Shown here one piece after another: positions 29,114 to 39,118 of a DNA stretch of 64,000 nucleotides. Under the pieces are notes generated by a model, which worked only from the letters and a program-made list of their open reading frames with translations, had not been told where the DNA came from and did no database searches. The translations under genes were made by a program, and so were the position numbers. The first letter of the stretch is position 1. Each line of letters begins with the position of its first letter. The DNA is from Candidatus Cloacimonadota bacterium (GTDB taxonomy: Bacteria > Cloacimonadota > Cloacimonadia > G963667145), in the NCBI GenBank assembly GCA_963676615.1, contig OY781092.1, forward strand, positions 960,001-1,024,000, in the 5' to 3' direction.

Positions 29114-30768
29114 TTAAAACCAAGCCCAGCGTAGAAAATTTGGCGCCGTATCAAGGACCGCCAGCGGACAGAATCGAGAAAATCCGCCTAGATTTCAACG
29201 AAGTAAATTTGCCGCCATCACCAAAATTGAGCCAGTTAAAATTCGACCCGCTGCTCTCGGGCGTCTATCCGCAAGAGGACAAGCTCATCGAAATTTTGGC
29301 AAAACGGTTTGGCGTCGCACCAAATTCTTTGCTGATTTGCAACGGCTCAAACGAAGCTATCACCTTGATTTTTGAGGCGTTTATTCAAGAAGGCGATCAG
29401 GTGCTCATCCCATTTCCGACTTTTTCGGTCTACTATCTGTTGCTACAAAGCAAAAACGCCAAAATCAACAAAATCGCTTACGACGAAAATTTGCGCTTCC
29501 CCAAAGAAAAATTTCTGGCAGCCGCCAAAAAAAATCCCAAGCTCATCGTTTTGGTGAACCCCAACAATCCCACGGGCGATATGCTCTCAAAGGCAGAAGT
29601 CGAGCAAATTTTGCAAGCTGCACCCGACTCGCTGCTCGTGCTGGACGAGGCTTACATCCACTTTGCGGAAACGGAGCTGTGGGACTTGACACTGAAATAC
29701 GAAAATTTGGTCGTGCTCAGAACTTTTTCCAAAGCCTACGCTCTGGCAGGACACAGAATCGGTTTTGCCATCGCAAATCCTGCAACAATGTCGCTGCTCT
29801 ACAAGGTTTCACTGCCGTTTCGCATCAATTATTTTTCGCTAAAAGCCGCCAAAATCGCCCTTGCCGACGAGGAGCATTTTCAATACATTTTATCCACCAT
29901 CAAAGACGAAAAGCAAAAAATGGAGAAATTTTTCCACTCGCTAAAAATCGATTTTCTGCCTAGCCAAACCAACTTTCTTCTGGTCAAAACTGGCATATGG
30001 AGCAAAGCGATTTACCAAACTTTGGCAGAGCAAGGCGTTATGGTACGGCATCAAAAAAGCGGTCCGCTCAAAAATTACATCCGCATCTCGATGGGCACGC
30101 CAAAGCAGAACGAAATTTTTCGGGACGCTTTCCAAAAATTGTGGGCAAATCGGCTTTTGGCGTTCGATATGGACGGCACGCTCATCGATGTCGAACAGTC
30201 ATATGTCCAGTCGATTAAAGACACCGTCGAGCATTTTTCGGGGAAAGCGGTCTCGTCTGCGCAAATCGACGCTGTGCGGAAAATTGGCGGCTACAACAAC
30301 GATTGGGACTTAACGGAGTATCTTTTGCTGCAAGAAAAAATCGAAGTTGAAAAAACCGAAATTATCGAAAAGTTTGAAAATTTTTATCGTGAAAACAAAA
30401 AAACGGAAAAGTGGCTTTTGCCCAGCGAAGATTTGGCGGCTTTGAGCCAAGAGATTCCGCTGGCGATTTTTTCGGGACGACCACGAAAAGATATCGCTTA
30501 CGCTCTCGATTTTTTCCAGAAAAAAGAGTTTTTCGGCGAAATTGTCGGAATGGAAGACACAAAAGATAAGCCAAAGCCCGACGGTTATGGGCTGGAGTTA
30601 CTTCGCCAAAAATGCAACGCAAAGTTGATTGTATATGTTGGCGACACCGTGGACGATGTCAGCGCGGCGCTTTCCGCTGGCTGCGTTGCGGTCGGTTTGC
30701 CCCAAGATGAGCGGGCGGATTACTACCTAAAAAAAATTACCGAGATAAAAAATTTGGTGTTAAAATGA
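29110..30768 (+). CDS. hisC: Histidinol-phosphate aminotransferase fused to C-terminal HAD phosphatase
   Basis: RLDFNE, NPNNPTG, DEAY, RTFSKAY; then FDMDGTL, GGYNNDW, KPKPDG, YVGDTVDD. Confidence 0.9.
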   Translation: MIKTKPSVENLAPYQGPPADRIEKIRLDFNEVNLPPSPKLSQLKFDPLLSGVYPQEDKLIEILAKRFGVAPNSLLICNGSNEAITLIFEAFIQEGDQVLIPFPTFSVYYLLLQSKNAKINKIAYDENLRFPKEKFLAAAKKNPKLIVLVNPNNPTGDMLSKAEVEQILQAAPDSLLVLDEAYIHFAETELWDLTLKYENLVVLRTFSKAYALAGHRIGFAIANPATMSLLYKVSLPFRINYFSLKAAKIALADEEHFQYILSTIKDEKQKMEKFFHSLKIDFLPSQTNFLLVKTGIWSKAIYQTLAEQGVMVRHQKSGPLKNYIRISMGTPKQNEIFRDAFQKLWANRLLAFDMDGTLIDVEQSYVQSIKDTVEHFSGKAVSSAQIDAVRKIGGYNNDWDLTEYLLLQEKIEVEKTEIIEKFENFYRENKKTEKWLLPSEDLAALSQEIPLAIFSGRPRKDIAYALDFFQKKEFFGEIVGMEDTKDKPKPDGYGLELLRQKCNAKLIVYVGDTVDDVSAALSAGCVAVGLPQDERADYYLKKITEIKNLVLK

Positions 30769-31355
30769 ACAGAATTGCGAAAATCGAACGAAATACCAGC
30801 GAGACGAAAATCAAAATCGAGCTAAACCTCGATGGCGAAGGCAACTATCAAATCGACACAGGCGTCGGATTTTTCGACCATATGCTCGAAGGGCTCTGCA
30901 AGCACGGCTTGTTTGACCTGAAGCTGAAAGCAACGGGCGATTTGCATGTCGATCAGCATCACTTGGTGGAAGATGTCGGCATCGCTTTAGGGCAAGCTTT
31001 TGGCAAAGCTCTGGCGGACAAAAAAGGCATCGAACGCAGCGGCTATTTCGTCTATCCGATGGACGAGGCGCTCGCCGTGGTGGCTGTGGATTTAGGCGGC
31101 AGAGCCTATTTGCAATACGACTGCAGATTTTCGCGGCAATTTTGCGGCGGTCTGGATTTGGACTTAATGCCCGATTTTTTCGCAGGGCTATCCCAAAATA
31201 TTCCGGCAAATCTCGTGGTACGAATGCCATACGGTCGCAGCGATCATCACAAATTAGAGGCGTGCTTCAAGGCTCTGGCGAAGGCTCTACGCTTTGCCTG
31301 CGCCTATCTGCCACGAGCAACCGACAAAATTCCCTCAACCAAAGGCAGCCTATGA
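30765..31355 (+). CDS. hisB: Imidazoleglycerol-phosphate dehydratase (monofunctional)
   Basis: GFFDHML, DQHHLVEDVGI, PMDEA, DHHKLEA.FKA, PSTKG. Confidence 0.96.
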   Translation: MNRIAKIERNTSETKIKIELNLDGEGNYQIDTGVGFFDHMLEGLCKHGLFDLKLKATGDLHVDQHHLVEDVGIALGQAFGKALADKKGIERSGYFVYPMDEALAVVAVDLGGRAYLQYDCRFSRQFCGGLDLDLMPDFFAGLSQNIPANLVVRMPYGRSDHHKLEACFKALAKALRFACAYLPRATDKIPSTKGSL

Positions 31356-32206
31356 AAACCTACCTCGAGTGCTTTCCCTGCTTCCTCAAACAAGCGTTAC
31401 ACATCGCCAAACTTTGCGGGCTGAGCCAAGCAAATCAAAAAAAAGTGATTGACCAAACTGGCGCCCTTTTTGCCCAAATCGACTTGAACGCTACCGCGCC
31501 GCAAATCGCCAGCATAATTCACGACAAGCTCAAAGATTTTTTGCAAAACGACGACCCTTACGCACAAATAAAAGAGCAAAATGTCGCCCAAGCGCTAAAA
31601 CTTGTGCCTGCGCTTACCTCCAAACTGCAAGCCGCAAAAAATCCGCTGCACAGCGCCGCTCGCCTTGCAATCGCTGGAAATGTTATCGACCTTGGCGCAC
31701 ACCAAAAATTTAATCTCGAACAAGAACTGCAGAGCGTGCTTACCGCCGGCTTTGCCATCGACGACTTCGACGATTTCGCCCAAGACATCAAAAAAGCTAA
31801 AAAAATCGTCTATCTTGGCGACAACACCGCCGAAGGCATTTTCGACAAAATATTCATCCAACAAATTGCAAAACCAACAATTTACACAACTCGCGAAATT
31901 CCCGTAATAAACGACATTACCACACAATGGGCAAAAAGAATCGGCATCGACACCGTAGCAAATGTCGTCAGTTCGGGAGCGAAAACGCCAGGAACTGTGC
32001 CCGAGCTGTGTTCACCGCAATTTCAAAAAACTCTGGCAGAGGCGGAAATCATCATCAGCAAAGGACAGGGCAACTACGAGGCGCTCTCGGACACAAATTT
32101 GCCAATCTACTTTTTCCTCAAAGCCAAATGTCAGGTCATCGCCGACCACATCGGCGTTCCGCTGGGTTCGTATCTCCTAATAAAAAATCAGAGGAGGGCA
32201 AAATGA
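31352..32206 (+). CDS. DUF89/ARMT1-like damage-control phosphatase
   Basis: ECFPC, DPYAQIK, AGNVID, DNTAE, SKGQGNYEAL, KAKC. Confidence 0.88.
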   Translation: MKTYLECFPCFLKQALHIAKLCGLSQANQKKVIDQTGALFAQIDLNATAPQIASIIHDKLKDFLQNDDPYAQIKEQNVAQALKLVPALTSKLQAAKNPLHSAARLAIAGNVIDLGAHQKFNLEQELQSVLTAGFAIDDFDDFAQDIKKAKKIVYLGDNTAEGIFDKIFIQQIAKPTIYTTREIPVINDITTQWAKRIGIDTVANVVSSGAKTPGTVPELCSPQFQKTLAEAEIIISKGQGNYEALSDTNLPIYFFLKAKCQVIADHIGVPLGSYLLIKNQRRAK

Positions 32207-32802
32207 TAGCCATAATCGACTACGGAGCGGGAAATCTGCATTCCGTGCAAAACGCCTTGAGCCACCTGCATGCCGACCACATCATCGCATCAACTCCGCA
32301 GCAAATTCTTGCGGCAGACAAAGTAATTTTGCCCGGCGTCGGACACTTTGGACAAGCCAGCGGCAAGCTGGAAAACTCGGGCTGCTACGACACTCTGCTC
32401 GACTGGATACGCCAAGACAAGCCGTTTTTGGGAATCTGCGTCGGTTTGCAACTTTTAATGGAAGGCAGCACCGAAGCACCCTCTGCAAAAGGGTTCGGTT
32501 TCTTTGCGGGGAAATGCGAAAAATTTGTCGGCAAAAGGGTGCCACAAATGGGCTGGAATCAGATTTCGTTCCAGCGCGAAGACCCAATTTTTCAAGAAAT
32601 ACCCGACCAAAGCAACTTCTACTTCGTCCACAGCTACTACCCAAAAGCGCAAAATCAAGCCGACATCCTCGCCAAATGTAGCTATTGCGACCAAGATTTC
32701 GGGGCAATTTTGCAAAAAGGCAATATCTATGGCACACAATTTCACCCCGAAAAAAGCGGCAAAGCGGGGCTGCAACTTCTCAAAAATTGGATAAATCTGT
32801 AA
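32203..32802 (+). CDS. hisH: Imidazole glycerol phosphate synthase amidotransferase
   Basis: DYGAGN, LPGVG, GICVGLQ, YFVHSY, QFHPEKS. Confidence 0.96.
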   Translation: MIAIIDYGAGNLHSVQNALSHLHADHIIASTPQQILAADKVILPGVGHFGQASGKLENSGCYDTLLDWIRQDKPFLGICVGLQLLMEGSTEAPSAKGFGFFAGKCEKFVGKRVPQMGWNQISFQREDPIFQEIPDQSNFYFVHSYYPKAQNQADILAKCSYCDQDFGAILQKGNIYGTQFHPEKSGKAGLQLLKNWINL

Positions 32803-32813
32803 CCGCAAAAACT

Positions 32814-33386
32814 TTGCAAAAAGTGGTCTTGCCCGACAAAAAACGGCACATTTTTCAGACCGCCGCAGGTCAAGCCATCTCCAGTGACGGCAACTTTTTG
32901 GTCGAAACAGTTTTGCAAAATCACAGCCAAAAAACGCTGAAAGCTTTGGATATAGGTTGCGGTTGCGGAATTTTGAGTTTTATGCTCAAGCTAGCTCGTC
33001 CAGATTGGCAAATCTCCGGAATCGACATTCAAAAAAATCTAATCCAACTCGCCAAAGAAAACGCTCAACTCTGCCAGCTAGACGCAGAGTTCGCTTGCGA
33101 AGATCTAAACTCGCACCGCGAAAAATACGACCTCATTATCTGCAATCCGCCATTCTTCCCAAAAAATTCGGGAAAAATGCCCCAAGAAATCGGCAAGCAA
33201 ATCGCCCGCTTCGAGCTTAAATGCACCCAACAACAAGTCATCGCCGCCGTTCAAAATTGCCTGCAGCCCCAAGGAAACGGCTACATCCTCTACCCTCTGG
33301 CTCGTTTGCAAACCGCAGAACTTCAGGCGAAAATCGTCGCCAAAAAGGGAAATGTTGGGGTGATAGCCATAACATTAAGAAGCTGA
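32814..33386 (+). CDS. Class I SAM methyltransferase, tRNA1(Val) m6A37 (YfiC-like)
   Basis: LDIGCGCG, DIQ, CNPPFF, IARFE; start codon uncertain. Confidence 0.75.
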   Translation: MQKVVLPDKKRHIFQTAAGQAISSDGNFLVETVLQNHSQKTLKALDIGCGCGILSFMLKLARPDWQISGIDIQKNLIQLAKENAQLCQLDAEFACEDLNSHREKYDLIICNPPFFPKNSGKMPQEIGKQIARFELKCTQQQVIAAVQNCLQPQGNGYILYPLARLQTAELQAKIVAKKGNVGVIAITLRS

Positions 33387-33474
33387 ATTGGATTTTAATA
33401 CTAATAAAACACCACATTAAAGAGCATAAAAAAAGCCCGCGAACAACAACAAATTTAAAGCAACAAGCAGATTT

Positions 33475-33897
33475 TTATTGATTAAGCGACTTCATCCCAA
33501 AGCAATAGACAACATGAGCGACATCAGATTTTCGATAAAATCGCTCCATGATTGGTATCCAAATTTTAAACAAAATCTTGGCTATCGCTTGTGAAAAGGG
33601 AATTTTCGCCTTGTTGGTTTGTTCTTTGGCAGGATCAGATTTCCAAGGCGGCGCATCCGCATATCCCGATTGCACAACGCTATACCCTTTTTTTGCGACC
33701 TCATCTTCCAACTCTTGCCTACTCATCCCTCTGCCAGAATGTTCCCGATTAGAATGCAAAAAAATCTTTCCTGTAGAGTACTTTTTTCGCAGTTTTTTAC
33801 GCAAAACCTCAATCGAAACAATCTCAAAAATTTCGCCCAGACCAAAAATTTCACAACCATATTCCACATCCAAAGACAAACTAATCACCCTATCCAT
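33475..33897 (-). CDS. Hypothetical protein in AT-rich islet
   Basis: Co-oriented third gene of the islet; no clear motif. Confidence 0.55.
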   Translation of the reverse strand: MDRVISLSLDVEYGCEIFGLGEIFEIVSIEVLRKKLRKKYSTGKIFLHSNREHSGRGMSRQELEDEVAKKGYSVVQSGYADAPPWKSDPAKEQTNKAKIPFSQAIAKILFKIWIPIMERFYRKSDVAHVVYCFGMKSLNQ

Positions 33898-33930
33898 CTT
33901 TTGTAACCCTCAATATTTAACCCAAACAAT

Positions 33931-34902
33931 TCAGTCATCCAACTCTTTGATAACTGGCAAAATCCCAGGAATAGTAAAATATTTTTTCTCAATATTCAAG
34001 CTCTTCTTAAACTCACTACGGTAATACCAATCGCTACACAAAAAATCTAGCTTTTTCTTAAACTCCTTCAGAGCAAAAAGTTGAAAAATAAATCTAGCGA
34101 AGGAGAAAACAAAATTTGGCAACTTATGCCACTTTCCATATCTCCCAGCACCTAAATTTTGACTAATAAAATCTGCCAAATCTGCCAAAATTACTGGCTC
34201 GTCATCAACAACAATATCTTCAAAACAATTAGAAAATTTTTCATCTAAAATTTTCAAAAAAACTTCCACTAAAAGTTCAATGCTCGTTAAGTGAAACTTA
34301 ACAGCTTTCCTCGGGAAAAACAGCTTTCTTTTGCGAACAAGGTTGATCAAAATGTTAGGAAACCCGTTTTTATCCTCTGTGCCATAAATGATACTAGGTC
34401 TGACGATATTGCAATTCAACCCTTTCTGCATCAAAATCTTCAATCTTTTTTCTGCTTCAATCTTTGATTTATAATACAGGGAATCGCCTGACAAAACACT
34501 ATTTTTACCCGCAGGAACTTTTGGAGGAATCGTGCCATAAACTCCCACAGAAGAGCAAAAAATAAACTTTGTTTTGTTTTGCAAAGCGCTTTTAGCCAAA
34601 ATTTCGGTCGCCTCAACATTTGCCAAAAAATACTCTTTCTCAGAAAACTTCCGCTGCCTTAAAAGAGCTCCTATATGCAAAATTGCATAAAAATTTTCCG
34701 TTTCTAAATAGTTTTGCAAGCCGTCTAAATCGCACAAATCAATTTCAATAATTTTTATTTTCCCTGTAAATTCTTTTAATCTTTCAGGGGCAGTATTTGG
34801 TCGCACAATAGCTGTTACATTATATAAACCTGTCTTCAAAAGAGCCCGCGCAGTGTGTTTGCCGACAAATCCCGTAACGCCAGTGATTAGAACTTTCTTC
34901 AT
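33931..34902 (-). CDS. NAD-dependent epimerase/dehydratase (extended SDR)
   Basis: ITGVTGFVG, SSVGVYG, YYKSK, RPSIIYG. Confidence 0.9.
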   Translation of the reverse strand: MKKVLITGVTGFVGKHTARALLKTGLYNVTAIVRPNTAPERLKEFTGKIKIIEIDLCDLDGLQNYLETENFYAILHIGALLRQRKFSEKEYFLANVEATEILAKSALQNKTKFIFCSSVGVYGTIPPKVPAGKNSVLSGDSLYYKSKIEAEKRLKILMQKGLNCNIVRPSIIYGTEDKNGFPNILINLVRKRKLFFPRKAVKFHLTSIELLVEVFLKILDEKFSNCFEDIVVDDEPVILADLADFISQNLGAGRYGKWHKLPNFVFSFARFIFQLFALKEFKKKLDFLCSDWYYRSEFKKSLNIEKKYFTIPGILPVIKELDD

Positions 34903-34905
34903 TTT

Positions 34906-35628
34906 TTATTTTGATTTTTTTTTAGAACAAATATACAAAAAACCTAAAGAAAAAAGTTTCGGAAAAATTTTGTGTATTCTTAAAAAAAGCAATATACTTT
35001 CAACAATCTGAAAAACAAATTTATCTTCTTTTCTCCTAAAAAAACAATAATTTTTCTTCTCAATTTTAAAGCCCGCATCATCTAAAAGTTTTTCCAACTT
35101 CCCTTTGGAAAAAACCCTAATATGCTCAGAAAAAAGGTCTGTCCCATTTTTGTGCGAAATATCCATATAATCGACAAACTCACCCAAAACAAAGCGAATT
35201 CTATTAGCTATATTCAGCATATTCGGCACACAGACCACAAATTTCCCGTCGTCTTTCAAAGAAGCAAAAATAGAATTAACAGCCGCTTGAGGATCAAAAA
35301 TATGCTCCAAAACATCCAAACAAAAAATAGCGTCAAACTCATTTTTTGAAAAAGGCAAAGCCTGTGTATTAAGGTTACAAACTTTGGCTTTAATTCCCAA
35401 CTTGCTAGCTTTTTCAACAGCATTATTCGAAATATCTACACCGTATGTTTGGTTATTTTCGATAAAAGGCGTTAACATAAAACCATCACCACAACCAATA
35501 TCGAGAATTTTTTTATTACCCCCATCTTTCATAAAAGAGGAAAGCAAAATTTTTCTCACCCAATCGTGATAATAGCCACCGATATAAATCTTCTCTTTTT
35601 TCCAATACTCGTCATAATACTCTTTCAT
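34906..35628 (-). CDS. Class I SAM-dependent methyltransferase (glycan-cluster type)
   Basis: LDIGCGDG, GVDIS, DVLEHI.DP, VPN. Confidence 0.88.
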   Translation of the reverse strand: MKEYYDEYWKKEKIYIGGYYHDWVRKILLSSFMKDGGNKKILDIGCGDGFMLTPFIENNQTYGVDISNNAVEKASKLGIKAKVCNLNTQALPFSKNEFDAIFCLDVLEHIFDPQAAVNSIFASLKDDGKFVVCVPNMLNIANRIRFVLGEFVDYMDISHKNGTDLFSEHIRVFSKGKLEKLLDDAGFKIEKKNYCFFRRKEDKFVFQIVESILLFLRIHKIFPKLFSLGFLYICSKKKSK

Positions 35629-35771
35629 TTTATCTCCATTATTAGTCGTTCTAACTTTGAAATCGCAAATATACTGACAAGCAAATTTTCCACCTTTTTA
35701 TTTTCGCTTGACATCATAGAGTCCGCTGCAAACTGTTATCAAAATTATTTTTGTTAAAAAAGAGGGACAAA

Positions 35772-37166
35772 ATGAGTAAACTTTGGGGCGGCAGATTTCA
35801 GAAAGAGACCGACAAGTTGGTGGAAGATTTTCATTCGTCGATTGGGTTTGACCAAAGGCTTTATCGGCAAGATATTCAAGGATCAATCGCTCACGCCAAG
35901 ATGCTAGGAGAGCAAAATATCATCTCGCAAAATGAGGCGAAAGTTCTTGTAAACGGGCTGCTGGAGCTGCAAGCCGAGATAGACGCTGGCAAAATCAAGT
36001 TCGACCCCGCTGCCGAAGATATTCATATGAACATCGAGACTCTGCTGACAAAAAAAGTTGGCGATGTTGGCAAAAAGTTGCACACGGGCAGGTCGCGAAA
36101 CGACCAAGTCGCTTTGGATATCAAGCTGTATCTGAAGAAAGAGATTGCGAGCTTGCAAACTCTACTCCTGCAATTGCAAAAGACTATTTTGGAGCTTGCC
36201 AAAAAAAACTTGCACACCATTATGCCGGGCTACACGCATCTGCAAAAGGCGCAGCCGATCACTTTTGCGCACCACATTATGGCATATTTTTTTATGTTTG
36301 AACGAGATTTGAGCAGGTTCGCCGATTGCCAAAAAAGAGCAGACACTTGTCCGCTTGGCTCTGGCGCCCTTGCCACAACCACTTTTCCACTGGATAGAAA
36401 AATGGTCGCCGATGAGCTTGGCTTTGCCGAAATCACCGCCAACTCTCTGGACGGCGTGAGCGACCGCGACCACATCGCCGAGTTTCAGTCTGCCGCCGCA
36501 ATTTTGATGATGCACTTTTCCCGATTGTGCGAAGAGATTATCCTCTGGTCGAGCGACGAATTCGGCTTCATCACGCTGGACGACGCCTATTCCACGGGCT
36601 CGAGCATTATGCCGCAAAAGAAAAATCCCGATGTTGCCGAACTGATTAGAGGCAAAACTGGGCGAGTTTACGGAAATTTGCTGGCGATTTTGACGATCCT
36701 GAAGTCGCTGCCGCTTGCCTATAACAAAGATATGCAGGAGGACAAGGAGAGCTTTTTCGATACGGTCGATACGCTCTACGGCTGCCTTTTGACCATCACG
36801 CCGATGCTGGCGACGATGAAGATAAACAGCGAAAAAATGCTGGCTGGAGCCTCAGGCGGCTTTACCAACGCCACAGATGTCGCCGACTATCTTGCCAAAA
36901 AAGGGACACCTTTCCGCGAGGCTCACCGCATCGTGGGCGAGATTGTTTTTCATTGCCTAGAGAAAAAAATCGCCATCCAAGAGTTAACTTTGGCTGAATT
37001 TCAAAAATTTTCGCCGATTTTCACTGATGATATTTACGAGTTTATCACCTTGCAAACTTGTGTCAACAAGCGAGATTTGCCCAGCGGACCAGCGCCAACG
37101 GCGGTAAAAGAGAGCATCGAGCTTGGCGAAAAATTGCTCGCAAAATTTAGGCAAGAAAATTTTTAG
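35772..37166 (+). CDS. argH: Argininosuccinate lyase
   Basis: LWGGRF, HTGRSRNDQ, PGYTHLQ, GSSIMPQKKNPD, YNKDMQEDKE. Confidence 0.97.
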   Translation: MSKLWGGRFQKETDKLVEDFHSSIGFDQRLYRQDIQGSIAHAKMLGEQNIISQNEAKVLVNGLLELQAEIDAGKIKFDPAAEDIHMNIETLLTKKVGDVGKKLHTGRSRNDQVALDIKLYLKKEIASLQTLLLQLQKTILELAKKNLHTIMPGYTHLQKAQPITFAHHIMAYFFMFERDLSRFADCQKRADTCPLGSGALATTTFPLDRKMVADELGFAEITANSLDGVSDRDHIAEFQSAAAILMMHFSRLCEEIILWSSDEFGFITLDDAYSTGSSIMPQKKNPDVAELIRGKTGRVYGNLLAILTILKSLPLAYNKDMQEDKESFFDTVDTLYGCLLTITPMLATMKINSEKMLAGASGGFTNATDVADYLAKKGTPFREAHRIVGEIVFHCLEKKIAIQELTLAEFQKFSPIFTDDIYEFITLQTCVNKRDLPSGPAPTAVKESIELGEKLLAKFRQENF

Positions 37167-37604
37167 CTAAAAAAGTTTATCCGCTTTGGCAGGCGAGTTT
37201 TTCCAGCTCGTCCAACGCCTGACTTGGCGTTTTGGCAACGACAAAAAGCTCTTCCGCCGTCGAAAATTTTTTTGCGATTGTGAACTGGATAAATTCCAGC
37301 AGTTTGTCGTAAAATCCAGCCGTGTTCAAAAAAACAATCGGTTTGTGATGGTAGCCCAATTTTCGCAAAGTTATCATCTCCAGCACCTCCTCCAGCGTTC
37401 CGTATCCGCCCGGCAGAGCGATGAAAGCGTCGGCGTTGTCTTGCATTACCGCCTTGCGAATCCGCATATTTTCGGTGAAAATCATCTGGCTAGCGCCGCG
37501 ATAAGCCAGCTCTAGATTTTTCAACTTGTGTGGAATCACGCCCAAAGTGTAACCTCCTGCGCTCATAACGCTTCTGGCGAGCTCGCCCATCAGACCCACA
37601 TTTC

Positions 37605-38920
37605 GGCACCGTCCAAAAAAGTGTGTCTAATCTCCAATTTGGTTTCCATTTTCTTAACTTTCTGGGAACAAAATTTTGTCAAATTTAAATTGATAAATCG
37701 GATAATTCAGATATTTATCGACCTTGTCCATCGCGACCTTGCTCAGCAGCAGTAGCACAGACTCATCGCTGGGCATCGAGTTCCTGATTTTCAAAACTTT
37801 CCGAAACTGTTTATTCAAATTTTCGATCCAATTTGTGGTGTAAATCAGCCGCTGAATTCTGTGGTCAAACTCCAAAAAAGTGAAATAATAAACGACATCG
37901 TCTCTGTTTAATAACTTCTTGGTAAATCGATACTTATCTCCCCATTTTTTCGCAAAATTATCCAAATTTTTCAAAGCAATTTCTTTCGTATAGCGTTCTT
38001 GTCCGACGCAAAAAATTTCCTTCAAATCGTCGCTAATTTCGCTTTTATCACTATTCCTGACCTTAGCTAATAGACTTCTTTTAAAGTGAGTTACACACTT
38101 TTGAAATTTCGCATTTTTAAAAACTTTGCTCACCACATTTTCCAGCCCAACAAGGCCGTCAGCCACGACCAATTTTGTCGTTTACAAGCCTCGCGATTTT
38201 AGGCGATTAAACAAGAATTCCCAGCCAGCAGCGCTCTCGGTCGGGATATTTTCGAGCGCCAAAATGTCCCGACTTTTGTCCTCTCGGACGCCGATAACCA
38301 CGCAAAACGCCTCAGTTTCAACACTGTCGAGCCGCCTCAATTTGGAATGTATGGCGTCAATCATAATAATCGGATAGTTTTTTTCTAGCGGCCTATTTCG
38401 CCAATTTGTCAACAATTCTTTGAATTCTTGGCTGATATTGCTGATGGTCGATTTTTTGTAATTCGTGCCAAAAACATTTGCGAAAACATTCTCTATGTCT
38501 CTGGTAGACAAGCCTTTAGCATACAGCTGAAACGCCAATTCTCGTACTTCTTGCTCCTGCTTTTTCAAAATTTCCAAGATAAATGGATAAAATTGACCGA
38601 ATCTGTCGCGCGGAATTTTGAATTGAATTTTGCCGCTGAGAGATGAAAAACACCTGCTGCGATAGCCGTTGCCTTTGTTGTTTGAGCTTTTGTTTTCCGC
38701 CATAAAAGCCTGTCTTTCCAGCTTCATAAGGCTGTTAAAAACGAACTCGATCAATTTATTCGCGCCATAATCATTGACATTTTCGTCTAAAATTTTTTGT
38801 AGTTGACTTGCGTTAAATCGCATAAGAATCTCCTTTTTTGTTCTTTTTTTTATAAAAATTGGAGATTCTTTTTTTGTGTCTAGTTTTTTTTGCTGCAGAC
38901 ACACTTTTTTGGACAGTGCC
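37605..38920 (-). mobile_element. IS256-family insertion sequence
   Basis: 24-bp terminal IRs GGCACCGTCCAAAAAAGTGTGTCT / GGCACTGTCCAAAAAAGTGTGTCT (1 mismatch); flanking CACATTTC and CACATTT(T)C target duplication. Confidence 0.95.
37654..38823 (-). pseudogene. IS256/Mutator transposase with in-frame stop
   Basis: NGYR..PRDR, IDA, ADG, YTTNWIE DDE motifs; TAA at 38182-38184 with the same frame continuing. Confidence 0.88.
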
Positions 38921-39066
38921 CACATTTTCCACCGCCATAAACCAAACTATGCCCCCGAGTGACCATCTGCCTGCCCAAATCTTTAGCGGCGTCTTTGTAA
39001 GTTTGATCGATATTTTCCGCCGAAGCACAATAAACACAAATATTCATAACTTCCTCTGGTTTTGTC

Positions 39067-39105
39067 AAAAAAAGCACCTCCACCTTTCACGATGGAAGTG
39101 CTTTT
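39067..39105 (-). terminator. Intrinsic terminator after hydA
   Basis: AAAAGCACTTCCA-loop-TGGAGGTGCTTTTTTT. Confidence 0.75.
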
Positions 39106-39118
39106 GCTTTTTTATTTT

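Larger units (their letters stand above)
37177..39047 (-). pseudogene. LOG-family (TIGR00730-like) phosphoribohydrolase split by an IS256-family element
   Basis: 5' part MNICVYCAS...LVYGGG (39047-38921) and 3' part VGLMG...PGGYGTLEE (37604-37177) flank the IS. Confidence 0.92.
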
